Assembly (NCBI GenBank): GCA_965237525.1
Contig: CBDEFO010000001.1
Span: 1 to 64,000, forward strand
Length of the DNA: 64,000 bases
From: Candidatus Latescibacterota bacterium
Lineage (GTDB): Bacteria > Latescibacterota > CBDEFO01
Reading direction: 5' to 3'
Part shown: positions 17,574 to 28,963 of the stretch, one piece after another
Layout: each line of letters begins with the position of its first letter
How positions within the stretch are numbered: position 1 is the first letter of the stretch
Notes under the pieces: generated by a model
Told to the model about the DNA's origin: nothing
Databases searched by the model: none
The model's input: the letters and a program-made list of their open reading frames with translations, nothing else
Translations under genes and position numbers: made by a program

Positions 17574-20213
17574 TCAGACAATTCGTGGTGAAACCTGCAA
17601 GAGTTTTTCTACGTTCAGCTTGGCGAGGCTCCATATTGGTTCCTTTTCTGTATCAGATTGGCCTTGTTCGTTAAAACAGCCAGAACGAAGAAACTGCATC
17701 AGGTCTTGTCGTTCAAACCAACGTTTTAAGTTATCATTTTCAATCGCACTCTGATCCACTTTGACGCCTATTGCCACATTCTGTAGCATCGATAGCAGAT
17801 TGCGATCTGTCTCCAAATCAGCAAGCAACAAAGGCCATTTCAAGTTAATGACTACGAACTTGCCGAGCTGCTCCAGCGTCAAACTTTCATCCAAAGATGA
17901 GTCTTCAGGCAAGTCGAAGAGACCAGTTGCGCTGGCGATGAATGTCCTCAGCCGAAACAAATTGATGAACTGTTTTATGCGGCGCGGGTTGTTATCTAAA
18001 GCAGGAGCAACCACGAGCACGATGTCATGAACAGTTTGCGAATCGGAATCTTGAGTAACTGTAACCCTAATACGTTCACGGCGTGCTTTCTGTTCTTCTG
18101 TCAGTGGTACTATGTCGTCTTCCGTTTGATCAGGTAGTAAAGCAACTCTCTCCTCTTCGGACATCTCCGGGCCCGCTTCGGCAGGGTAAGAAGATTCTGA
18201 GTCACGTATAGTTCTGCCACGGTCGGAGGCCCTTCTCAGTTTGGTGAAATATAGGATCTTTCCGAAAAGACCTCGCAAAACGGACTTAGCTTCATCAGTT
18301 TTGGGGCGAGAGGATATTTTCTTCAAAAGACTCTGTAAATTGAGCTCAACGGGTCTTGGAACAAGGAAAGGTAGTTGAATGAACTTCTCGATAAATGAAT
18401 AGCCGTATTCCAAGCCTCTCAACTGGTCCAAGGTCGGGCTCACTGAATCATCGGGCATAGTTTGCAACGAAGAGAGGTATGGCAATAAGTTCTCATACTT
18501 CACAGCGAGACCAGCAGCCACTTTCTCGCGGTCCATGCCGATAATGAAAATGAGCTGAGGATCGTTCGATATCATTAGATTCAGGGCCTGCATGAGCTCA
18601 GCAGCTTTCGGAACTTCGCAACGATCAAGATCATCGATGAACACGTACACTTTGTCCTGACCAGCATAGGCGTTCACGATCTTGGTGAAATCTTTGTGGA
18701 AGTTCTCGATGAAGGCGATGCGGCCTACGTAATCTGGTGACCGGAGATGCTTCTTCAAATCAATATCCAGTGGGCTACCAACAAAACCTTTGATTTTTAT
18801 CAACAGCGTTACGATGGCTGCAACTGCAGCACCGATGCCTCCAAAACCAATGACCCATTTGATGATATCTTGCAACGACCCCTCCATGGTTAGCTTGGAA
18901 GACAATTCTTGAACCCACTCCAATCCCTTTAGATATAGAAGAAGGGGGATCGCTGCCAAGATGCAAAGAATGATAGATCCCATGGCGATTACACGAAGTG
19001 CGTCTAGCCAGCCGTTTCTCCAACTGAAACGACGAAAGAACAGCCTCACGTGTCCACTCCAGCGGGGTTTGAAGGAAAGCCGGCGGGAAATTTCACGGAC
19101 AAATTCAAGAGCAAATGCCGCCCACAGTGCATCTTCTTTGTCATGTCTCCAGGGGTTGAATTTAACAGTAAGTTGGTTTCTGTCCCGGAGCGCTTCTTCG
19201 AGCTGTAACATAAACGAAGATTTTCCGCTGCCCCATTCGCCCTCAATGGACAATGTCAGCGGAGCTTCTGTAGAGGGATTAGTGAGGAAATCAGCAATAG
19301 CGTTGACATAGGGTTCGAAACCGAGGACATCGTCTGATGTGGGTTGATCTCCAACACTAGCGGCGATAATAGATTCTCCGTTTCGACTAGAGGTTCCAAG
19401 CAACTCATCAACGTCCAGGTCCCAGATGCGGATGACCTTGTCCTGTTCGCCCAGTGTGACCAGAACAGGCGCCTTCGGATGGAACGCAAGTCCAGAAGCC
19501 CAATAATGACTTGAAACTGGCTCATCGAGGACTGCTACCATTTCCCAGTTATCACAGTTCCAGAGACGAACAGTGTTGTCAGAGGTGGACTTGGAGGCAA
19601 GAAAACGGCTGTCAAAGGAAAAGGAAACGCAAGTGACTATACCTGTGTGGCCTTTGAGGACATTTATCTGACGTCCTGTCTTGGCACCCCAGATACAGAT
19701 GGTTTTATCCTGAGACCCCGAGGCGAGCATCCGACCATCCGGCGACCATACCACACTGAAAACTGCACCAGAGTGTCCTTCAAGTCTCTGGCGCAGGGAT
19801 CTAGACCCCACATCCCAGAGCAGGATAGCCTTAGTAGCACTGACTCCCAAAGCAAGTATTCGCCCATCAGGCGACCACGCCACACTGTTGACATGGTCGG
19901 AGAACCATTCGAGTATCCGAAACGGTTCCTTTGTCTCCACATCCCAGAGCAGGATGATCTGGTCATGGGAGCCTGAGGCGAGCATCCGACCATCTGGCGA
20001 CCACGCCACACTGTTAACATCACTGGAATGACCTTTAAGTTTCCCGCTCTGTTCTCCAATCTCCGTGTCCCAGAGCAGGATAGTGCTGTCAGCAGATCCC
20101 GAGGCGAGCGTTTGCCCATCTGGTGACCACGCGATTCGGATTCTACTGCGCTCGTGCCCCTGTAGGGTGTTCCGAAGTGTGAATCCGGGTGGACTTTTTC
20201 CCGCTTGTGCCAT
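17574..20213 (-). CDS. WD40-repeat + KAP family P-loop NTPase fusion
   Basis: About 6 WD40 repeats (GH...VAWSPDG..LASGS.D..I.LWD), then D.LG, Walker A GEWGSGKSS, FNPW, two TM helices, Walker B VFIDDLDRC, FIEKFIQLPF, NPRRIK. Confidence 0.9.
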   Translation of the reverse strand: MAQAGKSPPGFTLRNTLQGHERSRIRIAWSPDGQTLASGSADSTILLWDTEIGEQSGKLKGHSSDVNSVAWSPDGRMLASGSHDQIILLWDVETKEPFRILEWFSDHVNSVAWSPDGRILALGVSATKAILLWDVGSRSLRQRLEGHSGAVFSVVWSPDGRMLASGSQDKTICIWGAKTGRQINVLKGHTGIVTCVSFSFDSRFLASKSTSDNTVRLWNCDNWEMVAVLDEPVSSHYWASGLAFHPKAPVLVTLGEQDKVIRIWDLDVDELLGTSSRNGESIIAASVGDQPTSDDVLGFEPYVNAIADFLTNPSTEAPLTLSIEGEWGSGKSSFMLQLEEALRDRNQLTVKFNPWRHDKEDALWAAFALEFVREISRRLSFKPRWSGHVRLFFRRFSWRNGWLDALRVIAMGSIILCILAAIPLLLYLKGLEWVQELSSKLTMEGSLQDIIKWVIGFGGIGAAVAAIVTLLIKIKGFVGSPLDIDLKKHLRSPDYVGRIAFIENFHKDFTKIVNAYAGQDKVYVFIDDLDRCEVPKAAELMQALNLMISNDPQLIFIIGMDREKVAAGLAVKYENLLPYLSSLQTMPDDSVSPTLDQLRGLEYGYSFIEKFIQLPFLVPRPVELNLQSLLKKISSRPKTDEAKSVLRGLFGKILYFTKLRRASDRGRTIRDSESSYPAEAGPEMSEEERVALLPDQTEDDIVPLTEEQKARRERIRVTVTQDSDSQTVHDIVLVVAPALDNNPRRIKQFINLFRLRTFIASATGLFDLPEDSSLDESLTLEQLGKFVVINLKWPLLLADLETDRNLLSMLQNVAIGVKVDQSAIENDNLKRWFERQDLMQFLRSGCFNEQGQSDTEKEPIWSLAKLNVEKLLQVSPRIV

Positions 20214-20460
20214 CTACAATACCTCTCTCAAGAGACCTTACTTCCCTATCACCTCACAGGTTGCTACAAACTCTGGCGAAATGGAATTACAGCAGATGAT
20301 ATACTCGACATTCCTCAGCATAACCTTCCGCAGCTTGTCCCCTTCCTGCAGGCTCCTGCAACAGCCGTGTGGCAACCTCTGCTGCGGCGATCCAGCAGTA
20401 CAACACGAGCAAGCTGACGGTTCGTTTTGAGATTGACAGGCGGTCTATCTTTCGCAGCGA

Positions 20461-21301
20461 TCACCTACTTCCCACCCAGTGCCGATAGAGCGGCTTTACA
20501 CTGTCAGGCAGAGCATCGTAAACATGCGGCGGGACTGGCGGGGAACTACGTTTTCTTTACTACCCGTCTCGTCCACCATACGGGTGCGCTCATCGGAATC
20601 GGGCATTAGCACATCCACATTGAGCCACCACGGAGCGTAGCGCACCGCTAGTGCGCAGCGCGGTCGGTCGGAGCAATTGGGCGCGCCGTTGCGTGCCAGA
20701 GGCGACTGTCCATAACCAGCACACTGCCCGCCGCACCTTCCACCCGCATCTCAGTGGGGTAAGGTTCAAGAGCGTCAATGCCGTTGTCCCCACTCGGATT
20801 GTTGTCTGTCCGGTGGCTGCCGGGAACGATAAAGGTGCCGCCGTTTTCGGAGCCAAAGGGTGAAAGCATCCACAGCGTAGTGAGATGCATGACTGCATCT
20901 GGATAAGGCGCTGGAATATGCCCGGCGTTCTTCTGATTGAACGGCCAATCCGCGTGCCAACCGCCGCGCTTATTCCCCGGGTAGTTGATCATACCGGAAG
21001 TGAAAGAAACCCGTACGTGGTGGCCCAACAGAGCCTCGGCAATGTTCATCAGGCGTGGGTCGGCTAAGTAGGGAGCAAACGATTGATCGAGCCCGATAAG
21101 CCCAGGAACGAATCCGATGCCCTCGGGTGCATTGGAGCTTCTGTGCGCAGCGACTGTTGCCTCCACACTTTTGCGCACGGCTTCTACATTGCTGTCAGGG
21201 ATAATCCCCTCGAGGACACACCAGCCGTCAATCCGCAGATGAAGCAGCATCTGATCCATATTCATCATCCCCTCGCTAAGTTTGATCTCCGATTGTATCA
21301 T
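20461..21301 (-). pseudogene. PhyH family dioxygenase with two 3' frameshifts (possible sequencing errors)
   Basis: WHAD, NGGTFIVPGSH, DSRLWH; reading resumes (PNCSDRPRCALAVRYAPWW...; PPHVYDALPDSVKPLYRHW) after shifts near 20683 and 20541. Confidence 0.75.
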
Positions 21302-21504
21302 GTTACTGGTCCCTTCTACAATCCGAACGGCCAGAGACGCGCGACTCACCTTGGATAAATCCGGACAACCACTTTCTGTTTGGCTACGTCCACCTTATCC
21401 TCCCGGACAAAGCGCCCACGGCGCCCACGTTCCCTAACCCACTGCACATGGGGTCCAACGGTACGAATTCATCACCTTCAGATCAGCTAGCCATTCCGTA
21501 TCTC

Positions 21505-22698
21505 TCAGGCCCACGCTGCCCTTGCCTGACCTATCCACTCAAGCTGATAGCGAGGCGTCATACCGTAGTAGTGAAAAGAATGATGCCGTATGCCCGCCCT
21601 TCGGACCATCATCACTTCATCACGCAGCTCCTCCATCGAATTGAAGGCTCGCTGATTGTGCATCATTTCGGGCTCTGCCCACTCGGGGACTTTACTGATC
21701 TGCTCAACTAATGAATTCTCCCTCGCTTGGATAGTATCTCCACTGCCGCCGAGACTGACACGTTTAAAGTGAGGATACAACTTTGAAGAGTCCAGACAAC
21801 CCATAACACTCCGCTCGTTGCGTATCCCGAAGGGCATAAAAGCGCCGTCATACCTGGTGACGATCTCCTGAACGTCAGAAAAGAGGCTGGTTACAGTGTT
21901 ACAACGCACCTCCAGATAGCTCCAGAGCCCGCCAGCAAAGACATTCCTTGCCCACTCCTCGTCTGCAGGACCCATGTCCCGCTCTGAGGGAGGTTCAGCA
22001 AGCGATTCGTACAGATGCCGTCTGATCTCTCTTTTTAGGGGAAGAGGATCGAATCCCTCATCCCTGGCCCTGTGGAGACAACTACCGCAGAAACAGAGAT
22101 TTAGTAGATATTGATCCCGCGGAGAAGGTGGTACCTCCACTTTATCCACCAGAAATCCATCGTTCCATAGGCCAAAACCTAGCGATTCATGTCTAATCCC
22201 ATCGCCTCCGTAGGTCCCCATAAGCTCCTCGACAATAGCAAGGTCATAGGCGCGGACTGAAGGATTGGACGGACATAGATAAGCACGCTGGCGCTCCCCC
22301 ATCGCATCCACGCAGCAGACATCCGGGTAGGCCTGCGCTGTGCTATGGCTGAAATGAAAAACGACGAAAAAGAGTACCCCCCAGTCGCGTCCTCTGGCAC
22401 TATCCATAATGTTGTGGAGAAAACCAGGGGTATCCACACAATCCCCTAATATCGGTCTGATACGTGTATCTCTCCAGCGAGGATGCTCTGGCGCAAAGAA
22501 GACCGAGCCGTCATCCCAGCGCACAATTCTCTTAGGGTTGTGCGAAAGCAAAAAGGTGTTAGCGTGATAGACAGCAGCCACAAAAAGCTCGTTGAGACCG
22601 CAGACCTCATCCAGATAGTCGAAGCAGTTATCGATCCCCTCTTCGGTGATGTCCCAGGGATGGATGTATATCCCACCTGATCTTCCTTTTTTCAGCAT
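21505..22698 (-). CDS. Hypothetical protein, possible glycoside-hydrolase-like TIM barrel
   Basis: 397-aa ORF with RBS; YLCPSNP and CFCGSC motifs resemble uncharacterised GH-like proteins. Confidence 0.55.
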   Translation of the reverse strand: MLKKGRSGGIYIHPWDITEEGIDNCFDYLDEVCGLNELFVAAVYHANTFLLSHNPKRIVRWDDGSVFFAPEHPRWRDTRIRPILGDCVDTPGFLHNIMDSARGRDWGVLFFVVFHFSHSTAQAYPDVCCVDAMGERQRAYLCPSNPSVRAYDLAIVEELMGTYGGDGIRHESLGFGLWNDGFLVDKVEVPPSPRDQYLLNLCFCGSCLHRARDEGFDPLPLKREIRRHLYESLAEPPSERDMGPADEEWARNVFAGGLWSYLEVRCNTVTSLFSDVQEIVTRYDGAFMPFGIRNERSVMGCLDSSKLYPHFKRVSLGGSGDTIQARENSLVEQISKVPEWAEPEMMHNQRAFNSMEELRDEVMMVRRAGIRHHSFHYYGMTPRYQLEWIGQARAAWA

Positions 22699-23046
22699 CT
22701 TTCTCTCCTTTTTCTCACAAGAAAGTTCTGCAATACTTTTTGTGGACCCAAATCTAAGTGCAAGCCCGTTCAGTCTCTACACATTTTCTTGGGCCATCCC
22801 ACAGATGGAAAAGGGCGTGACATGGCCTCTGCGACAATTTACGATCTTCTGTTTGATGGCATGATGTTTGATTACTGCTTGTCAACTATCTCTATGGGAT
22901 CATCTCATGTAATGTATGGTTACTGATCTGAGCAATGCAAAAGACATTCTCTACATAACTTCTGTGTTTGCTGTCTATACATCTGTGGCAGCGTGTACAT
23001 TATATTCGAAAAGGGATGATACAAAGGTGCAGAACACTTAGGAAAG

Positions 23047-23075
23047 AGAATACAACAGAGGTTCTTGGATGTCAA
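23047..23075 (-). promoter_or_regulatory. Putative sigma70 promoter
   Basis: TTGACA-17 bp-TATTCT on the minus strand upstream of 22698. Confidence 0.55.
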
Positions 23076-23130
23076 TAGGGTTTGTGCACTGGCAGAGCTG
23101 TTCAGTTTTCCATGAGGTAATCCGCCATAT

Positions 23131-24054
23131 TCAATCTACTCGTGTGTGAATCCCCTCGCGTTCCAGGATGCGCACAATTTGGTCCATCAGAAAGTCGATG
23201 TATGTGTCAATTTCCTGGCTGGGCGTATAGGTCAGCGAACGACAGGTAGCATGTGCGAACAGGCCGCGGCGCACCAGCAACCTCTTTTCGACCTGCAGGT
23301 ACACTTCGATGTCCTGCAAGGAAAAATTGATGAAGGGCAAAAGTGCAGCAAGCAGATCGTAGGCACGCTCGTCGTCCCGGGCCTGACGCGCCTGGTAGAC
23401 CGGGTCCAGAAGGTCGCAGATGGGTACGCCCGGCATAATGCCGCAGATCCCAGCCGGTATCGCCTCCAGCATGTAGTACCCGCCCCAGCCTTCGAGGATG
23501 CCCACGCTATCGCCGACCTCTTGCCGGATGCGCACCAATTTCGCCACTATCAGGGGTTCCTCCAGCTTGACGTACCGGAAATTGGGGTGCTGTCTATGGA
23601 GTGCCTGTATGAAGTCAGCCCCGATGGTCGGCCCTCCCGGATTGAAGTCCTGGATCAGGATGGGGCACGCTACAGCGTCCGCGATATGGCCGCAGAAACG
23701 AAGCAGGTCCGCATCTGTAGTTCTGAACTGCCGGGGCAGGGCAAAGCTGATCACGTCCGCCCCCATATCTTCGTAGTGCCGGGCCAGTTTAGCAGCTATC
23801 CTGGAGGAGCCGTGATTGGCCTGCGCGATCATCGGGATACGCTTGGCGTTTACCTCGATGGCAATGCCGATCACCTGCTCGCGTTCGGCCTCGGATAGTT
23901 TATAGAACTCACTGCCGTAGGCCGGCAAGCACATCGCCGCCATCTTCTGCCCGGCTGTGAACTCAACCGTTTTTCGAAGAGATACCTCGTCAATTGTCTC
24001 ATCTGGCTGGAAGGGTATCGGGACAACAGGAACGACACCGTTAATCTCACCCAT
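23131..24054 (-). CDS. Dihydrodipicolinate synthase family protein
   Basis: GVVPVVPIPF, AYGSEFYKLS, YVKLE lysine. Confidence 0.85.
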   Translation of the reverse strand: MGEINGVVPVVPIPFQPDETIDEVSLRKTVEFTAGQKMAAMCLPAYGSEFYKLSEAEREQVIGIAIEVNAKRIPMIAQANHGSSRIAAKLARHYEDMGADVISFALPRQFRTTDADLLRFCGHIADAVACPILIQDFNPGGPTIGADFIQALHRQHPNFRYVKLEEPLIVAKLVRIRQEVGDSVGILEGWGGYYMLEAIPAGICGIMPGVPICDLLDPVYQARQARDDERAYDLLAALLPFINFSLQDIEVYLQVEKRLLVRRGLFAHATCRSLTYTPSQEIDTYIDFLMDQIVRILEREGIHTRVD

Positions 24055-24192
24055 ATTCTGACCTCACTTTTTAAAAGGGATATTTGTAAAGAAACGTGGT
24101 GATGACAAGTTAGCGGAAAAAGTGTAGCCCAGCTGGCAGCATTGGGCAGCATTGGCTTGTAGAAATTCGGCGGTCAAGCAAGCTTGTTATAG

Positions 24193-24240
24193 GCGAAGCC
24201 CTAAGTGAAACCCTGAGCGAAGCCCTGAGCTAAGCCCTAA
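24193..24240. repeat. 12-bp tandem repeat x4 (GCGAAGCCCTRA-like)
   Basis: gcgaagccctaa / gtgaaaccctga / gcgaagccctga / gctaagccctaa. Confidence 0.75.
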
Positions 24241-24461
24241 TCATAGCCTAAATTTTGAGGCGGCGCATATTCGACGTAGCGCAGGACAGAATGGTCGATC
24301 ACACTCTCCTTCCAGATCGTGCGATACTTCGCTACCTCTCCACTTAGGAGCCACTGTCGAAAATCTTCGGCCCCTTTTTCGCTCTCCCAAAAGGCTTCGT
24401 TGATGTACTTAGGACGCTTCTTCTCCTTCTTACTGTTTCCGTGAGGGTCCTCCAAATCCAT
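24237..24461 (-). pseudogene. C-terminal remnant of a hypothetical protein
   Basis: Protein-like 74-aa ORF; its upstream continuation contains frameshifts and stops. Confidence 0.4.
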
Positions 24462-24669
24462 CCAGAAGTACCCAGCTTTTTCGCTCTATACAGCCAAATT
24501 CTTTCGCCTTCTGAAAGAGCGTTGCGTCCAGCCAGCTTAAGAAAGCCTCTTCATTTTCGCCAGATTATCAGATCAAAGATATGAACAAGACGTAATATAA
24601 GGGCCCTCCGACAGACAAGAGCCAAGTAGACGTGATATAGGGCATGAAATGATCTGTCTACCGACGTTA

Positions 24670-25017
24670 CTAAATCCTCCAGAGCGTATAGCCTGCCACC
24701 AGTGTTACAAAGATCGCACCCCCATAAGAAAGAACCGCGATGAGTTTATTCAAGTGCTTAAGTTGCAAGGCATCGTAGAGTGTGAACCGGAAACGATGTG
24801 CCCAGTGAAAAAGAGAAGTGGATATGAGAACAAAGAGAAAAATACGGCTCAGAGGGTGCTTCACAAGAGTCAGCAAGTCTTCATGAGATGGCGCCTGGAT
24901 CCATTCCAAAGGGCTAGCCAGACCATTCAGGAAAAGTAGAACCGGTATGAAGATAGCGGCAACCGTGCCGCCTGCGCCAAAGAGCGCCCACCAGAAAGGT
25001 TCAATAGGTTTCTTCAT
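24670..25017 (-). CDS. frdD: Fumarate reductase membrane anchor subunit D
   Basis: EPFWWALFGAGG, FHWAHRFRFTL, YGGA; last gene of the frd operon. Confidence 0.9.
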   Translation of the reverse strand: MKKPIEPFWWALFGAGGTVAAIFIPVLLFLNGLASPLEWIQAPSHEDLLTLVKHPLSRIFLFVLISTSLFHWAHRFRFTLYDALQLKHLNKLIAVLSYGGAIFVTLVAGYTLWRI

Positions 25018-25137
25018 GTAATGTTCCCGTGTTTTCCAATTTCCCCGGAAGTTCTTCAGCCACTTGGTGGATCGTCGGCCGTTCGTGCCTCCTGAGAAAT
25101 GCACTGAAGTGCCCACGCCGCCTTCTGCACGATCCTT

Positions 25138-25560
25138 TTAAGTTGTCAACATTAGCCACACGATCACTGCAGAAAAAACTACCCATGCGATATAGTTCAA
25201 CACTACAATAACCGTGCCTGGAACGCGTTTTACCCCGAGATGGAGCACCAGGGCTTTCGGCGCAAGATTAAACCAGGTGACACTGTGGAAGACCACAAAC
25301 AGAAAGGCAACTATGTGCAACGCGATGGAGACCGGCCCCTTGAGCCAAGCTGTGAAGATTTCGTAGGCCTCTGGCCCCTGGGTCAATGCCCTAATTTGAA
25401 AGAGACAGACGAGCGCATAAAATGCAACAGATACGCTGGTTAGTTCCCTCAGAATGAATCTTAAATACGCCCACTTGCGGACCCACCAAAGGATCGGTAT
25501 GCGGGCGCGATACCACTTGGGATGATACTTGATATATTGCGGATTCTGAGGCATCGCCAT
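25138..25560 (-). CDS. frdC: Fumarate reductase membrane anchor subunit C
   Basis: WW....YLRFILRELTS, HSVTWFNLAPKA. Confidence 0.9.
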   Translation of the reverse strand: MAMPQNPQYIKYHPKWYRARIPILWWVRKWAYLRFILRELTSVSVAFYALVCLFQIRALTQGPEAYEIFTAWLKGPVSIALHIVAFLFVVFHSVTWFNLAPKALVLHLGVKRVPGTVIVVLNYIAWVVFSAVIVWLMLTT

Positions 25561-25744
25561 CTTTGCTCCAATTATTCCCCAAAGAGTTCTTCGCCCACTG
25601 CTTACTTCGTGCCTGCTACATCGTCAAGAAAGTGGCCATGCAGGCCCCTAACTGCTCTGCTGACACCTCGTTCGCTCTACAAAAGCGCACAACAGTGCCC
25701 ACGCCGCCTTTCGAGCTGGATGATGGACCTAGTTTCAGCTGCTA

Positions 25745-26488
25745 TCATCGGTTTGCCCAGGGCAGGAGCATAGATTTGAACCAATCTACCGTACTGGACA
25801 CTTTGTATCGCTGAATCGCAGCCGCTGGATCTACATCTTTGGGGCAAACCACAGAGCACTCCCCCACTAAAGTACACTGCCAGATGCCTTCCTCCTGTGA
25901 AAGCACCTGGAGCCTCTGTTCTTTCCCCTGATCCCGGTTGTCTAAATCGTAGCGCTGCGCCAGCGCTATGGCCGCCGGACCGATGAAACTCGACTCCAGG
26001 CCGTAAACCGGACAGGCTGAGTAGCATAGCATACAGTTGATGCACATGCTGAATTGCTTGTATTCGGCAAGCTGGTCAGGAGACTGAAGGTATTCTCCTT
26101 CTGAAACCTCCTTCTCTTGTTCTCGAATGATCCAGGGCTTTACGCGTTTCAATTTCCCCATGAAATCACTCATCTCGATGACAAGGTCTCTGACGACGGG
26201 GAAATTGGAGAGCGGCTCCACACGGATAGGACCCGGAAGATACTTTTCCATGAAAATTGCACAGGTGAGGAAAGGTATCCCGTTGACCATCATTCCGCAA
26301 CTACCGCAGACCCCCATTCGGCATGCCCAGCGGTACGATAAAGTCCCGTCTATGTTGTCCTTGATGTAATTCAGCGCATCCAGGATAACCCAATCTTCTC
26401 GAAAAGGAACTTCGTAGCTCTGGTAGACAGGCTCTGATTCCTCTTCAGGGCGATAGCGAAAAATGTCTAATGTGATGTTGGTTGCCAT
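25745..26488 (-). CDS. frdB: Fumarate reductase iron-sulfur subunit
   Basis: [34 protein letters not shown] (3Fe-4S-type third cluster). Confidence 0.93.
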   Translation of the reverse strand: MATNITLDIFRYRPEEESEPVYQSYEVPFREDWVILDALNYIKDNIDGTLSYRWACRMGVCGSCGMMVNGIPFLTCAIFMEKYLPGPIRVEPLSNFPVVRDLVIEMSDFMGKLKRVKPWIIREQEKEVSEGEYLQSPDQLAEYKQFSMCINCMLCYSACPVYGLESSFIGPAAIALAQRYDLDNRDQGKEQRLQVLSQEEGIWQCTLVGECSVVCPKDVDPAAAIQRYKVSSTVDWFKSMLLPWANR

Positions 26489-26548
26489 AAGACCTCGTCA
26501 GATATTTTTGTGCAGCTACTGTTAGACTTGACACATCAGTCATAAACT

Positions 26549-26962
26549 TTAGCGGAATGATTGGCGTTTTTCGCCGGGTTTGTAGGGACGTAGCGCGAAT
26601 GCCGACCACGTCTTATTTACTGAGACCAAATTCACCCACTTCAAATCCACCTCTTCAATTGTATCCCACCCCTTATCACGAGTCAAGTCAGTCTGAATCT
26701 TTGAAGCCCCTTTCGGGAAAGAAATCCACAGCAGGCTTTCTGGCTTCAGCGCACGGACAACTCGGGGGCTCAGCTTATCCAACTCGGCCTTGTTCTTCAC
26801 AAAAATCTGCACCCAATCAAATTTGCTCTCCAATTTTTCCGCTACTTCGACTCCAGCGGGCAGGGGACCAAGTTCCTTCATGTAACCATCCGGTGCATTG
26901 ATGATGGCGGCGTGAAGGCCGGGCTTGAGTTTCATTTTCTTTGTAAGCGAGCTCTCTGCCAT
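26549..26962 (-). CDS. Hypothetical protein (DUF3052-like) between frdA and frdB
   Basis: KKMKLKPG, LWISFPK, TDLTRD, WSA motifs. Confidence 0.6.
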   Translation of the reverse strand: MAESSLTKKMKLKPGLHAAIINAPDGYMKELGPLPAGVEVAEKLESKFDWVQIFVKNKAELDKLSPRVVRALKPESLLWISFPKGASKIQTDLTRDKGWDTIEEVDLKWVNLVSVNKTWSAFALRPYKPGEKRQSFR

Positions 26963-27088
26963 ATCCTCTCCGCTTCTCTTGTGCTTTGGTCAGGATACTT
27001 AACCTTTCAATCAATGATTCAACTTACTCGAAGAACGAGCTTACATGTCATTTGTCAATTAAATGGTTTAACCATCATAGCACACTAC

Positions 27089-28831
27089 CTACTTCCCATA
27101 AACCCGCTCTCCCGGCGGCCAGCGGGTTATAGTCACTGGCAAATAATGTATTCGAGGCGGTCCGGTTTCGTCTCTGTACGCCAAACTGTGCGCCAGGAAC
27201 TTCTCATCGTCTCGCTCTGGATGATCCGTGCGCTGATGTGAACCCCGAGACTCCGTTCTTTGCAACGCCGATTGCACAATAGTCTCGGCAACATCTAACA
27301 TATACGAAAGTTCGATGGCAGAGATGAGTTCAGTGTTGAAGGTGTAGCTTTTATCGGCAAGCGAAATATTGAAAAATCTTTCTTGGAGATCCCTTATGAT
27401 TTCTTCTGATTTCTTCAAGGAGGCTCGATCGCGATAGATACCGGCGCCCTCTTCCATCGCACGGTTCATTTCACTTCGAAGCAAAGCGATAGACTCGCCT
27501 CCTCCTTCATTTTTGAAAAACTGTCTCTCAATCCGTCTTTCCTCATCTGTTGCAAGCGCCTCTACACTCAAGCTGCATTCCTTCTGATCCGATGCGAAGG
27601 TGGCGGCCGCCTTGCCTGCCCTGACGCCAAACACCAACAACTCCGTAAGAGAATTGGAACCGAGACGATTCGCTCCGTTGATGTTGACGCATGCCACCTC
27701 ACCTGCCGCATACAAACCTTCAAGCAGGGTCGCCCCCTGAATGTCCGTATGGATGCCGCCCATCATGTAATGCACCACGGGCCGCACCGGAATCATCTCT
27801 ACCAGCGGATCAAGATTGACATATTTAAGACAGAGTTCACGGACAAAAGGTAGTTTAGTATTGACTACCTCCTGGCCCAGATGGCGAATATCCAGATGGA
27901 CATACGGACCGTATTCCCCTTCGAGTGTCCGTCCTTTTTCCTGCTCTTTGACAAAGGCCTGAGACAGCCGGTCGCGAGGCCCCAACTCCATGGAGCGTAG
28001 AACCGGTTTGGGTTGCGGTGTCCCAAGATTGTAATCCTGCAAGTAGCGATAACCATCTTTGTTGAGCAACAATCCACCTTCGGCGCGAGTGGCTTCAGTA
28101 ATGAGAATGCCCGTAAATGGCAGTCCCGTAGGATGGTACTGAACGAACTCCATGTCCTTCAGCGGCATGCCGGCGCGATAGGCAAGCGCCATGCCATCAC
28201 CAGTCTTTATGCTGGCATTGGTAGTAAATGGAAAGACTCTTCCGCACCCACCGGTGCAGATGATGACAGCTTTGGCAGCAATAGCCTGTATCCTTCCAGT
28301 TGCAAGCTCGATAGCGACGGCACCCTGACAGCGCCCATCATCTAAAAGCAGTTCGGTTACAAACCATTCATCATATCTTTGAATAGGGTTGTATTTCAGC
28401 GACGTTTGAAACAGAGTGTGGAGCATGTGAAAGCCGGTTTTATCCGCCGCAAACCAGGTGCGTTCGATCTTCATGCCGCCAAAAGGACGCACGGCAATGG
28501 TTCCATCTTTCTCCCGGCTCCAGGGACAGCCCCAATGCTCAAGTTGTAACATTTCCTCCAACGCTTCTTCGACAAAAACCTCTACGGCATCCTGATCACA
28601 GAGCCAATCACCGCCTGAGATCGTATCGTAGGCATGATCCTCAAAGCTATCGTTGGGCTTAATGACTGCCGCAGATCCGCCCTCCGCGGCTACCGTATGG
28701 CTGCGCATAGGATAAACCTTCGAGATGACAGCGATGCTTAATTTTGGATCGGTCTCTGCAACAGCAATTGCAGCGCGCAGACCAGCCCCACCGCCGCCAA
28801 TGATGAGAATATCGTGGGAGAGAATATCCAT
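27089..28831 (-). CDS. frdA: Fumarate reductase flavoprotein subunit
   Basis: [20 protein letters not shown] (covalent FAD His), [20 protein letters not shown]. Confidence 0.95.
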   Translation of the reverse strand: MDILSHDILIIGGGGAGLRAAIAVAETDPKLSIAVISKVYPMRSHTVAAEGGSAAVIKPNDSFEDHAYDTISGGDWLCDQDAVEVFVEEALEEMLQLEHWGCPWSREKDGTIAVRPFGGMKIERTWFAADKTGFHMLHTLFQTSLKYNPIQRYDEWFVTELLLDDGRCQGAVAIELATGRIQAIAAKAVIICTGGCGRVFPFTTNASIKTGDGMALAYRAGMPLKDMEFVQYHPTGLPFTGILITEATRAEGGLLLNKDGYRYLQDYNLGTPQPKPVLRSMELGPRDRLSQAFVKEQEKGRTLEGEYGPYVHLDIRHLGQEVVNTKLPFVRELCLKYVNLDPLVEMIPVRPVVHYMMGGIHTDIQGATLLEGLYAAGEVACVNINGANRLGSNSLTELLVFGVRAGKAAATFASDQKECSLSVEALATDEERRIERQFFKNEGGGESIALLRSEMNRAMEEGAGIYRDRASLKKSEEIIRDLQERFFNISLADKSYTFNTELISAIELSYMLDVAETIVQSALQRTESRGSHQRTDHPERDDEKFLAHSLAYRDETGPPRIHYLPVTITRWPPGERVYGK

Positions 28832-28934
28832 TGACTTTTCTTGTTTAAGGCCGAAACTTTACAGGTGTTTCCCAAAAAAGTTTTTTAATACGAATTATCA
28901 AGAATCTGCTTTAGCCATATCTCATGAGCAGTTA

Positions 28935-28963
28935 AAAGTAAGAACTTTTTTTCATGGTGTCAA
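28935..28963 (-). promoter_or_regulatory. Putative sigma70 promoter of the frd operon
   Basis: TTGACA-17 bp-TACTTT on the minus strand. Confidence 0.5.

Noticed and set aside
8699..23898. Long antisense ORFs (8699-9496, 9741-10445, 14644-15345, 23146-23898)
   Set aside because: Shadow frames of well-supported genes in GC-rich sequence, with no motifs.
24070..24192. Integron attC site (ends in GTTATAG)
   Set aside because: No matching inverse core or paired arms are visible, and there is no integrase.
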